From a virus (lineage: Duplodnaviria > Caudoviricetes), in the IMG/VR virus record IMGVR_UViG_3300027892_000102, positions 1-31,390 of that record: a DNA stretch of 31,390 nt, one strand, 5' to 3'. The translations under genes were made by a program, and so were the position numbers. The notes below the pieces were generated by a model, which was not told where the DNA came from, searched no databases, and worked only from the letters and a program-made list of their open reading frames with translations. This document shows positions 8,582 through 17,645 of the stretch, one piece after another (the stretch's first letter is position 1; every line of letters starts with the position of its first letter).

Positions 8582-9340
8582 ATTAAATCAAAAACGTATT
8601 TTTTCGAGGTAAAGGATCTTATAACACAGTTTATTGCTGCGTTTGATGATACTGTGATTCAGCGTTTTAATAAAGAAAGAAAATCAGAACAGTCTGTCGA
8701 AGTAAGATATGTATATGCACCTAAACAACGTGTTATATATGATATAATAAATCAGGCTAAAAATTTAACATTACCAGTAGTATCTGTATCAATAACAAAT
8801 ATATCAAGAGATGTTAATAGAGTTTTTAATAAACTCGATGGTTTTTATTATGGTAAAAATGACGGAACACAAAATAGTGTATCTCATCTTTTATCACCGG
8901 TACCTATTAATATAAGTGTATCTATGTCTATCATAACAAAGTACCAAACAGACATGGATCAAATATTAAGTAATTTTATACCTTACGCAAATCCATATAT
9001 TATAATAGGTTGGAAGGTACCAGAAGATTTAGGGTTATCGTTAAATCAAGAAATAAGAAGTGAAGTTCTCTGGGAGGGTGGTATCTCGTTATCATATCCT
9101 ACAGACATCTCAAGTACTGATAAATATAGATGTACAGCTGATACCTCTTTTACTATAAAGGGTTGGTTGTTTAAATCTCAGGAAAATCCTAAAGGTTTGG
9201 TATATTATATCAACAACAACTTTAATATTGAGAGTAAGATAACAACTTATGACAGTCTTACAGGTAATACTTATACCTGGCCTGTATCTACAGGTATATT
9301 GAGTGAAACAGAGTTTATAGGAGTATCAGCAAATCCATGA
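8582..9340 (+). CDS. gp15: Tail completion/sheath stabiliser, T4 gp15-like (proposed ATT start; ORF track starts at GTG 8654)
   Basis: In-frame extension KTYFFEVKDLITQFIAAFDDTVIQR, then VRYVYAPKQR, LTLPVVSV, PVPINI, DMDQILSNFIPY, FTIKGWLF match the gp15 pattern. Confidence 0.8.
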   Translation: MKSKTYFFEVKDLITQFIAAFDDTVIQRFNKERKSEQSVEVRYVYAPKQRVIYDIINQAKNLTLPVVSVSITNISRDVNRVFNKLDGFYYGKNDGTQNSVSHLLSPVPINISVSMSIITKYQTDMDQILSNFIPYANPYIIIGWKVPEDLGLSLNQEIRSEVLWEGGISLSYPTDISSTDKYRCTADTSFTIKGWLFKSQENPKGLVYYINNNFNIESKITTYDSLTGNTYTWPVSTGILSETEFIGVSANP

Positions 9341-9807
9341 TAACTAGTATTACAGTTGAAGGTATTAAGCTTTTTGATACATTAACAATAAGCACAATCA
9401 ATTTGAGTTCTGTAGGATTACAGGGTTATAATTTTGATAAGCTACTAAATGTTGTAATTTCAGGTTCTAATGTATTAGCATTACCATCTCTTACTACAAT
9501 TGATATTTTTAAAAAACAACCACCTATAACTGGTGCTATAGTAAATTATACCGTTATTGATAAAAATACTTTATTAGTAGAGATACCACGTCTAATAAAA
9601 CCTTGTCAGATAGAAATCATACCTTATAATATAGCAGGTTATTCAACAAGCTCCACAACATTATACTCTCAAACATTTTCAGCAAATAAAACAATATTGA
9701 ATGTTTTTGTACCTGTTACAGGTACATATATACGTACTACTTCATCTTTCACATATAGAAGACCAGATAATAGATCTCTATATCTACATCTACGTGATAA
9801 ATTTTAA
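9337..9807 (+). CDS. Hypothetical beta-rich (possibly Ig-like) protein
   Basis: 156 aa; ATGA overlap with gp15; alternating hydrophobic strands. Confidence 0.55.
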   Translation: MITSITVEGIKLFDTLTISTINLSSVGLQGYNFDKLLNVVISGSNVLALPSLTTIDIFKKQPPITGAIVNYTVIDKNTLLVEIPRLIKPCQIEIIPYNIAGYSTSSTTLYSQTFSANKTILNVFVPVTGTYIRTTSSFTYRRPDNRSLYLHLRDKF

Positions 9808-9850
9808 TATAGTAGATTGAGTTTCAAAATCTATTCATTAAATATTTAAA

Positions 9851-11620
9851 ATGGCTGCAGACGATAAAAATACAGTATCTAATGGTTTCTTTAAGAACCT
9901 TGTAAATAAGTTACCATATCAAACTCTTGATTTAAATGGGTATTTAAACCAGATAAACCCTAAATATCAGATATTTCAAGATACGGGATCTAAACGTTCT
10001 GAAGCTTTAGCTCGTAATAGCGTATTTTTTGATAACGACTATAATAACACACCATCTGGCTCTATAGCAAAAGGCGGCATATACAACGATATGGTATATG
10101 CTAATATACAAGCTGATAAAGGTGCAAGAATAATGGATTATAGAGTAATGGCAGCGTTCTCTGAAATATCTGACTGCTTAGATGAGATATGCGATGAAAC
10201 AATAAATAAAGACCAGTCTGGTGATATTATTAAATTGCAATTTAGAAACATCGATTTAAAGGATGTAGATAAAGAAAGTATTATTAAAGAGTTTCAAAAG
10301 TATACAGAATATTTTAATCTTGAAAGAAAGGGTTGGGAATATTTTAGACAATTGATAGTTGAAGGTGAAGTTTATTTTGAGCATGTAGTACATAAAAAGT
10401 TTCCTGAAGAAGGTATACTCGGTGTAGTTCAACTACCTACAGAATTAATTGATCCTATTTTTGATAATATTCAAAATATGATCATTAAAGGGTATATATT
10501 AAGAAAGCCTATTTTTGATCCTGCTAAGCCTAATAAGGTAGTCAAATTTGAATTTGTACCGATGGATAAAAATCAGGTTACATATATCAATTCTGGTATA
10601 TGGAATCAAGATAAGTCCTTTAGACTACCATTTATTGAAAATTCAAGAAGAGCGTACAGACAATTATCTCTTGTTGAAGACTCTATAGTAATATATAGAT
10701 TAGTAAGGGCTCCAGAGCGTTTAGTATTCAATGTCGATGTTGGTAATATGCCACCACCAAAAGCTGAAGCATATCTTCGTAAATTAATTCAAGAGTATTG
10801 GAGTAAGAAAACCTTTGACGTTAATCAATCAGGTGTAGTACAAAAGTTTAACCCTCAATCAATGTTAGACTCTTTTTGGTTTGCAAAAAGACAAGGTAGT
10901 GAAGGTACATCAGTCACACAATTAGCTGGTGGTGCTAATCTTGGTGAATTAACTGACTTAATGTACTTTGTAAATAAACTTTATAAATCATTAAAAGTAC
11001 CTACTAATAGACTTAACACAGAGAGTTCATTCAAAGATGGTGCAGAGATTCTAAGAGAAGAACTTAAGTTTGCTAAATTTATTATCCGCTTACAACAACA
11101 ATTTGCAGGTGCAATAAAGAACGGATTTTTAACACATTTAAATCTTAAAGGTCTAGTAGAAAAATATGGTATTAAAGAGCAACATATATCGTTAGAGTTT
11201 AACGTACCTACTAATTTTTACGAGCTAAGAGAAAGTCAAAAGTTAGAACTTAAAACAAATAACTTTAACACACTAGCAGGTAATCCCACTATCTCTCCTA
11301 CATATTTACAAAAGAAAATTCTTGGTTGGAGTGATATTGACATTAAGGCAAATCGTCAATTTCTCCGTAAGGATAAAGAACTTGAGTGGGAGCTTAATAA
11401 CATTACAACCTCTGGTCCAAATTGGAGAGATCAGCTACAGACAATGAACCAGCAAAATCAAGCAGCAGTTGGCGGCGAAGCAGGTGGTGCAGGTGAGCAA
11501 CAAGCACCAGCAGGCGCACCGCCTGAGTTTGGTGGAGGTCCCGCTGAAGTAGGTGGAGAGGCTCCAGCTGAAACCGGTGGAGCAGAAGCAGCACCAGCTG
11601 AAGCACCCGCACCGCAATAA
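9851..11620 (+). CDS. gp20: Portal vertex protein, T4 gp20-like
   Basis: EDSIVIYRLVRAPERLVFNVDVGNMPPPKAEAYL, LAGGANLGELTD, LYKSLKVP, REELKFAKFI. Confidence 0.97.
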   Translation: MAADDKNTVSNGFFKNLVNKLPYQTLDLNGYLNQINPKYQIFQDTGSKRSEALARNSVFFDNDYNNTPSGSIAKGGIYNDMVYANIQADKGARIMDYRVMAAFSEISDCLDEICDETINKDQSGDIIKLQFRNIDLKDVDKESIIKEFQKYTEYFNLERKGWEYFRQLIVEGEVYFEHVVHKKFPEEGILGVVQLPTELIDPIFDNIQNMIIKGYILRKPIFDPAKPNKVVKFEFVPMDKNQVTYINSGIWNQDKSFRLPFIENSRRAYRQLSLVEDSIVIYRLVRAPERLVFNVDVGNMPPPKAEAYLRKLIQEYWSKKTFDVNQSGVVQKFNPQSMLDSFWFAKRQGSEGTSVTQLAGGANLGELTDLMYFVNKLYKSLKVPTNRLNTESSFKDGAEILREELKFAKFIIRLQQQFAGAIKNGFLTHLNLKGLVEKYGIKEQHISLEFNVPTNFYELRESQKLELKTNNFNTLAGNPTISPTYLQKKILGWSDIDIKANRQFLRKDKELEWELNNITTSGPNWRDQLQTMNQQNQAAVGGEAGGAGEQQAPAGAPPEFGGGPAEVGGEAPAETGGAEAAPAEAPAPQ

Positions 11621-12585
11621 TGAAAACATTTAAATTATTTTTTGAATCAACAGAACAAAAATATACCTTAAAGCTAGGCAAATATAAACTTTTTACCGAC
11701 GCGCAGGGTACTAAGATGAGCTATGAAGATGCTGTTAAAAATAAAGTTATTAGCACTCCTACTCGAAAAAATGCAGAGTTTTTGCAAACACAAGGATTTA
11801 TACCGGAGGTAGTGTATAAGATACCTGTTGATGACCTTACAAAAAGAAGCTCTTTTTATATTACTTTTAAAAAGGATAATGAACAGTATGTATTAGCGAG
11901 AAAAGAAACCGCTACGGTTGGTGCAGGTAGTACTAAGTTTTATAGTAAAAATGAACATAAACCATTTTCACAGCTAAGTTTTAGAGAAAGTTATGATAAT
12001 GATTATGATATTGAAAAATCAAATAGGATAATAACTTTTTACAAAAAAGGTACTGATATTATACATAGATTGTTTGGACCTGCAATAATTAGTGATAATT
12101 TTTTGTATTATTGGTATAATAACGGTAAACTTTATTATCAAACACAATCTGAAAACAAAGAAAAAATGAATTGTAGCTACGATAACAATGGTATATTGTC
12201 TACTGTCTATATATCATATAAAAACGGTAATAAGCAAAGTGAATCATTACTTGAAGACGGTGATTTATATACTAGTTCTTATTGGTATGAAGATGGTCAA
12301 AAACAACGTGAATATTGGTATAAAGATAATAATTATCATCGCTCAGATGGTCCTGCTTTTCAATATTGGTACCCAAATGGTCAAAAACAACGTGAAACTT
12401 GGTATAAAGATGGCGAACCTCATCGTTTAGATGGTCTTGCAGTACAAGCGTGGGATGAAAATGGTAATAAAACACAAGAAAAATACTATATAAATGGTAA
12501 AGAACTATTACCAAATGAGTTTAAGCATTTAACTAAGCAGTATGATAAAGAAGAATTAGATATATTAAATGATTTGAATTCATAA
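11620..12585 (+). CDS. HRxDGPA repeat family, member 7 (chimeric, extra N-terminal domain)
   Basis: Leader MKTFKLFFE; HRLFGPA, HRSDGPA, HRLDGLA; tail NEFKHLTKQYDKEELDILNDLNS. Confidence 0.8.
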   Translation: MKTFKLFFESTEQKYTLKLGKYKLFTDAQGTKMSYEDAVKNKVISTPTRKNAEFLQTQGFIPEVVYKIPVDDLTKRSSFYITFKKDNEQYVLARKETATVGAGSTKFYSKNEHKPFSQLSFRESYDNDYDIEKSNRIITFYKKGTDIIHRLFGPAIISDNFLYYWYNNGKLYYQTQSENKEKMNCSYDNNGILSTVYISYKNGNKQSESLLEDGDLYTSSYWYEDGQKQREYWYKDNNYHRSDGPAFQYWYPNGQKQRETWYKDGEPHRLDGLAVQAWDENGNKTQEKYYINGKELLPNEFKHLTKQYDKEELDILNDLNS

Positions 12586-12593
12586 ATAACTAT

Positions 12594-13742
12594 ATGTCAC
12601 AGTGCGATATAACACCCATCTCTGCTTTTCAAAGTACTAATCTTTCTAATAGAATAACTTCTTTTAATAGATTATCAGAAAGAATACTAAGAAGCCTTGG
12701 CTATCCATTCATTAATGTTGAGGTTCATAGAGACCAGCTATATGAAAATATTAGTATAGCATGTGAAATGTTTACCAAATTTGCTGGTTATACTAGAGAG
12801 TACATTCTGTTTAATAGTAATCTTTATGAGAGAGATGTTGGTCTTAGATTAGATTCACTTGTCACACTAAAAGGCACAAGTGCGTTAGATCAAGCAAAAG
12901 GTAAGACTTCTAATCCTCAATACACTAACTACGTACCACAACAAACCGTTGCATATATAGTTAATACACCAACAACTTCAAATTATTTTAATACATCTAC
13001 ATCACTATCTGCATCATTAAGTGGTGGATTATTTGTAAATGAGATTCTTGACTCTACTGTATATAGTCAAATTACCTCTTTTAATACATCATTAACAGCT
13101 AATTTTACACAGACAGTTCAAAGACAAATAACACAACTAGGCTCATTAGTATCATCTACAAAATATAATAACTCTTTTGATTATGATATAATGGATTATC
13201 GTAAAGTAATCGCTATTATAGACTTTGAACAGGGATCTACATCAGGTATTAACACCCTCTTTACTATTGAACAAACATTAGCACAGCAAACTTATTTTAG
13301 CTATGCAATGGGTAATTACGGATTTGATTTAATAAGCTGGTATGTCTTAAAGGATTGGCTAAATAATAGAGAGAAACTATTAGCTATTAAACCTTCATAT
13401 GACTTTAATGACAGAACTCAGCTAATGAGAATATATCCTCAACCAAAAGCTGGTGAGAGTACTTCACAATATTATGGTGTTATAAGCTGTTATGTTGAAA
13501 AGCCTTTAAGAGATGTAATACAAGAGCAGTGGATATATCAGTATTCTCTTGCACTAACTAAAATAGTACTTGCAAGAGTGCGTGGTAAATATCAAGGTAC
13601 TACATTATTTGGTGGTGGTTCTGTAAATGCTGATATGTTATCAGAAGGTCTTGCAGAGAAAGAAAAACTTCAAGAACAATTGTATACCGGTGCTACACCT
13701 GGGCTTGGTGATAATGAACCTCCTCTATTCTTTGTCGGCTAG
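12594..13742 (+). CDS. gp13: Neck protein, T4 gp13-like
   Basis: ILRSLGYPFINVEV near N-terminus; WIYQYSLALTK, RGKYQGTTLFGGGSVN, PPLFFVG at C-terminus. Confidence 0.9.
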   Translation: MSQCDITPISAFQSTNLSNRITSFNRLSERILRSLGYPFINVEVHRDQLYENISIACEMFTKFAGYTREYILFNSNLYERDVGLRLDSLVTLKGTSALDQAKGKTSNPQYTNYVPQQTVAYIVNTPTTSNYFNTSTSLSASLSGGLFVNEILDSTVYSQITSFNTSLTANFTQTVQRQITQLGSLVSSTKYNNSFDYDIMDYRKVIAIIDFEQGSTSGINTLFTIEQTLAQQTYFSYAMGNYGFDLISWYVLKDWLNNREKLLAIKPSYDFNDRTQLMRIYPQPKAGESTSQYYGVISCYVEKPLRDVIQEQWIYQYSLALTKIVLARVRGKYQGTTLFGGGSVNADMLSEGLAEKEKLQEQLYTGATPGLGDNEPPLFFVG

Positions 13743-13759
13743 GGACTAGTCGTAAAATT

Positions 13760-14209
13760 ATGGCTAATAAATATAAACAAGGTATATATCGACCAACCAA
13801 TATAGGAAAGTATTTAGGTAAAACAAACCCTGTATATCGTAGTGGTTGGGAATTAAAATTTTTTAGATGGGCTGATACAAATCCTAATATATTAGCCTGG
13901 GGTAGTGAAAATATAATTGTACCGTATATTAACCCACTAGATAAAAAGGTTCATAGATATTTTGTAGATAACTTTATTGTCTTTAAAGATAAAGATGGAA
14001 ATAAGCAAAAACTTTTAATAGAAATTAAGCCTAGTACCCAGACAGTTCAACCAGTATCTACAAAAGGTAAACATAAAAAGACAATATTATACGAACAAAC
14101 TACATGGATTACTAACCAAGCAAAATGGGCAGCTGCAAAAGAATGGGCTAAAAGAAAAAACATGGAGTTTGTTATATTAACTGAAAAAGAATTAAATATA
14201 AAAACTTAA
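13760..14209 (+). CDS. gp4: Head completion nuclease, T4 gp4-like (TnsA-type PD-(D/E)xK)
   Basis: YRSGWE, WGSE, HRYFVD, LIEIKP, NQAKWAAA, ILTEKEL. Confidence 0.93.
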   Translation: MANKYKQGIYRPTNIGKYLGKTNPVYRSGWELKFFRWADTNPNILAWGSENIIVPYINPLDKKVHRYFVDNFIVFKDKDGNKQKLLIEIKPSTQTVQPVSTKGKHKKTILYEQTTWITNQAKWAAAKEWAKRKNMEFVILTEKELNIKT

Positions 14210-14228
14210 TGGATAAGATACATCATCT

Positions 14229-14236
14229 TATAAATA
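14229..14236 (+). promoter_or_regulatory. T4-type late promoter TATAAATA
   Basis: Exact consensus 7 nt before gp21 ATG; exact copies also at 14891-14898, 27993-28000 and 28806-28813 (minus). Confidence 0.8.
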
Positions 14237-14243
14237 ATATTAA

Positions 14244-14906
14244 ATGAGTCTTAGACTAATAGTTGAAACACCTACGAACAACAACGACTTTACGTATGTC
14301 GTTGAAGAACGTAATGCTAATGAACCTAGAACACTCTATATAAAGGGACCATATATGATGGCAGAGGGTGTTAATAGAAATAAACGTCTATATCCTATTG
14401 ATGAAATGGTACGTGAAGTTCAGCGCTATGAAGATGATATGATTAAGCCAGGTAGAGCAATGGGTGAGCTTAACCACCCAACTACAGCTGATGTAGACTT
14501 ATCTAGAGTTTGTCATTTAGTTACAGAACTCAAAAGAGATGGTAATGTATTTTACGGTAAGAGTAAAGTATTATCTACACCTACAGGCCTCATAGTTCGC
14601 TCACTTATTAATGATGGTGTTAAGGTTGGTATGAGTTCTAGAGCTTTAGGACAACTAATACCTGAATCAAACGGTTGTAATAGAGTAAAAGATTTTAGAC
14701 TAGTAGCAATCGATTGCGTTGCAGATCCAAGTTTCGGTAAAGCGTTTGTAAATGGTATTCTTGAATCTAAACAATATGTATTGAGAGAGAACGGACAGTA
14801 TGAGGAGTTATATGATACTTTTGAGAAAAAGTTAATAACTCTACCGCGCTCTGATAAAGATCAATATCTACGTAGTGCGATTCTTAGTTTTATAAATAAA
14901 TTATAA
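14244..14906 (+). CDS. gp21: Prohead core protease, T4 gp21-like
   Basis: NRNKRLYP, AMGELNHP, TPTGLIV, GMSSRALG, DCVADPS. Confidence 0.96.
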   Translation: MSLRLIVETPTNNNDFTYVVEERNANEPRTLYIKGPYMMAEGVNRNKRLYPIDEMVREVQRYEDDMIKPGRAMGELNHPTTADVDLSRVCHLVTELKRDGNVFYGKSKVLSTPTGLIVRSLINDGVKVGMSSRALGQLIPESNGCNRVKDFRLVAIDCVADPSFGKAFVNGILESKQYVLRENGQYEELYDTFEKKLITLPRSDKDQYLRSAILSFINKL

Positions 14907-14907
14907 T

Positions 14908-15114
14908 ATGAATATGAGAAAAAAACATAAGACGAAAGAAAAAGAAAAGGTCAAAAAACACAGTAAGCGTTCTGTAGTTAAAGAATCCTTGCATAATTTT
15001 ATTACTAATATATTGAATAGCAAACCTGAATCTGCTAAAACTTCAATAAAACTTGCTATCGAGCAAAAAATTAAGCAAAAAATAATAAATAATAACAACG
15101 CAAAACTTTTTTAA
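14908..15114 (+). CDS. Small basic protein, possible prohead core component (gp67/68 analogue)
   Basis: Lies between protease and scaffold genes; TATAAATA upstream; FITNIL...A...I...I..KI helix pattern. Confidence 0.45.
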   Translation: MNMRKKHKTKEKEKVKKHSKRSVVKESLHNFITNILNSKPESAKTSIKLAIEQKIKQKIINNNNAKLF

Positions 15115-15117
15115 CTT

Positions 15118-15972
15118 ATGGAGAATATTAACGAACAATTAAAAGACCTATCACCTGAATCTCTAAAAACGATTCAAGAGGCAATTGAATCAAAGGTAAA
15201 GGCAAAAGTTGAACTCCATGTCGAGAAAGCTCTTGCCGAACAAGATGAACTTTATACCAAAAAGCTTGAGCAATTGCTCGAAGCTATTGATAAAGATCAT
15301 ACAACCAAATTAGAAAAGGTAGTAGAAGCTATTGAACTAGATAGAGCAACTAAACTTAAGAAGGTTGTTGCTAAGTATGAAAGAACACTAAATGAAGATG
15401 CTAAGAAGTTTAAAAACACTCTAGTTGAATCCATTAGTGATTATCTTGAAACTTATCTTGAAGAAATGGTACCTGCTGCTGATATTCAAGAAGCTGTTAA
15501 GAACAAAAAAGCAGCCAAACTACTTGAATCTCTAAGAAACACTTTAGCTATCACATCTGCACTTGAAAAAGATTCTATTAAAGAAGCAGTAATTGATGGT
15601 AAAAAACAAATAAATGAAGCTTCTAAAAAGCTTGAGTCTATCCAAAGCGAAAACGCTACGTTAAAGGAATCTTTACAGCAATTACAGGCTGGTCTGATCC
15701 TCGAACAAAAAACATCCACACTTAACGATAAAGAAAAATCTTATGTTAAGAAAGTGATGAAAGGTAAATCGCTGGAATTTATAAATGAAAATTTTGACTA
15801 CACGGTCAAGATCTTCAGTAAGAAATTAACAGATAGACTCGAAGTCTTGAAAGAAGAAGCACTAAATGAGCGCCAAGATGTTGATCACGTTATCACTGAA
15901 CAGTCAGAAGAAGTTATCACAGAAGGCACCAAACAACTTTCTCCTTACCTACAAGAGTTAGGTAAGTACTAA
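15118..15972 (+). CDS. gp22: Prohead core scaffold, T4 gp22-like
   Basis: Glu/Lys-rich coiled coil before capsid gene; LVESISDYLE; many I/L-x-E sites. Confidence 0.88.
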   Translation: MENINEQLKDLSPESLKTIQEAIESKVKAKVELHVEKALAEQDELYTKKLEQLLEAIDKDHTTKLEKVVEAIELDRATKLKKVVAKYERTLNEDAKKFKNTLVESISDYLETYLEEMVPAADIQEAVKNKKAAKLLESLRNTLAITSALEKDSIKEAVIDGKKQINEASKKLESIQSENATLKESLQQLQAGLILEQKTSTLNDKEKSYVKKVMKGKSLEFINENFDYTVKIFSKKLTDRLEVLKEEALNERQDVDHVITEQSEEVITEGTKQLSPYLQELGKY

Positions 15973-16051
15973 GAGAACAAATTAGGCTATTTTTTCCTGA
16001 GTTACCTGGTAAAACCCTGGGGTCGAACAAAAAAGGAATAAATAATTATCG

Positions 16052-17506
16052 ATGAACACTATTCGTCCTACACAAGCATATATCAATGAATCAAGAGCAA
16101 AAGCGCTTCTTGAGAAGTGGGGTCCAGTTTTGGATTACACTTCTAAGAGCGTCGCTCCGATTGAAGACAACCACACCCGTTTAAATACAGCAATGCTCTT
16201 GGAAAACCAAGAACAGTGGTGTATGGTTAACGAAGCTGGTCCTAACTACAACCCTGCTGGCGGTTTCAATACTGCTGGTTTCGGTGGTGCAGTTGGTGGT
16301 ACAGCAGGCATGAACTCATGGAACTCTACCGGTACCCCCGGTACAGATACATACGCGCCTGGTGATTACCGTCTTCCAAAGATCTTGATCCCCATGATCC
16401 GTCGCACTTTCCCAGAGCTTATCTCTAACGAAATTGTCGGCGTTCAACCAATGGCAGGTCCAGTAGGCCTCGCATTCGCTCTTCGTTATCGCTACACTGG
16501 TGCTACTTTAGGTTCCAATGGCAACTCTCCTACCGGTCAGAGTGGTGTTCTCACCTCTGCTGCCGGTAAGGAAGCTGGTTACCAATATCTAAACAGCGCT
16601 TACACCGGTACATCCGCAGCTTACCTCTCAGGTAGCGCTGCTCTTCCTGTTAACTTTATTGCTAACGGTGAGAACAACGGTGTAGCAGCTCTTCTATCAA
16701 GCTTTGAAATCTCGGAAAACATTCCGACATTCGAAGTTTCATTTGAAAAGACTGCAGTTGAAGCTGGTACAAGACGCTTAGGCGCCCGCTGGTCCGTAGA
16801 GCTTGAGCAAGACCTCAAGAACATGAACGGTATTGATATCGACACTGAATTAACAAACGCTATGAGCTATGAAATTCAGGCCGAAATCGACCGTGAAATG
16901 ATTATTAGAATGATCCAAGTCGCCCTCAATGCAGGTGCCGGCGTTGGTTTTTCTATATGGTCTCCTGCTTCAGCTGATGGCCGTTGGTTAGTCGAACGTA
17001 ACCGTGACTTCTATCAAAGACTAATTATCGAAGCTAACCGTATTGCTGTACGCAATCGTCGTGGCGCTGCAAACTTCATTGTTGCAACACCTCGCGTTTG
17101 TGCAATCCTTGAAATGCTACCTGAATTCCAATGGGTACCAGTTCAAGGCAATGTTAACACACAGCCAGTCGGTGTTGCTAAGGTAGGTAGCCTTGGTGGT
17201 CGTTTCCAGGTTTACAGAGACACCAGAACAGAAGGTCAATACGTTGATGTCGCAACTCGTCCAGAATATGCACTACTTGGCTACAAGGGTCCAGAATTCT
17301 ACGATACCGGTATCATCTACTGCCCATACATACCTGTTATGGTACAACGCACAATCGGTCAGAACGATTTTGCACCACGTGTTGGTCTATTAACCCGTTA
17401 CGGCGTTGTAGACAACATTTTCGGCGCAAACCTCTACTACCACGTTATTATAGTAAGCGGACTTGGTCAGGCATTTACGCCTGGCAATCAGTCAGTTTAC
17501 TTCTAA
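16052..17506 (+). CDS. gp23: Major capsid protein, T4 gp23-like
   Basis: LLEKWGPVL, LLENQE, VGVQPMAGPVGLAFALRYRY, WSVELEQDL, EIDREMI, YCPYIP, TRYG. Confidence 0.98.
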   Translation: MNTIRPTQAYINESRAKALLEKWGPVLDYTSKSVAPIEDNHTRLNTAMLLENQEQWCMVNEAGPNYNPAGGFNTAGFGGAVGGTAGMNSWNSTGTPGTDTYAPGDYRLPKILIPMIRRTFPELISNEIVGVQPMAGPVGLAFALRYRYTGATLGSNGNSPTGQSGVLTSAAGKEAGYQYLNSAYTGTSAAYLSGSAALPVNFIANGENNGVAALLSSFEISENIPTFEVSFEKTAVEAGTRRLGARWSVELEQDLKNMNGIDIDTELTNAMSYEIQAEIDREMIIRMIQVALNAGAGVGFSIWSPASADGRWLVERNRDFYQRLIIEANRIAVRNRRGAANFIVATPRVCAILEMLPEFQWVPVQGNVNTQPVGVAKVGSLGGRFQVYRDTRTEGQYVDVATRPEYALLGYKGPEFYDTGIIYCPYIPVMVQRTIGQNDFAPRVGLLTRYGVVDNIFGANLYYHVIIVSGLGQAFTPGNQSVYF

Positions 17507-17539
17507 GCTTAACGCAAGTACAACGAACCATAAAACTTC

Positions 17540-17569
17540 AGAGCTGCTCGAAAGAGCAGCTCTTTTTTT
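17540..17569 (+). terminator. Intrinsic terminator after gp23
   Basis: agagctgctc-gaaa-gagcagctct followed by T run. Confidence 0.92.
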
Positions 17570-17591
17570 GTGGTTAATTTCATTTAGACAT

Positions 17592-17618
17592 AAAAAAAGC
17601 TGCCTTTAAAAGCAGCTT
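17592..17618 (-). terminator. Intrinsic terminator for the convergent minus-strand genes
   Basis: Minus strand aagctgc-ttttaaag-gcagc-T7. Confidence 0.8.
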
Positions 17619-17645
17619 CTTGATATATTATATTAAGTTTATTGG

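Noticed and set aside
8067-9774. Shared ccagataataga (PDNR) near the C-termini of the 7701 and 9337 ORFs
   Set aside because: Only 12 nt with no flanking similarity; plausibly chance
13760-14209. Tn7 TnsA transposase or homing endonuclease
   Set aside because: Size, motifs and context fit the T4 gp4 head completion nuclease; no other tns genes
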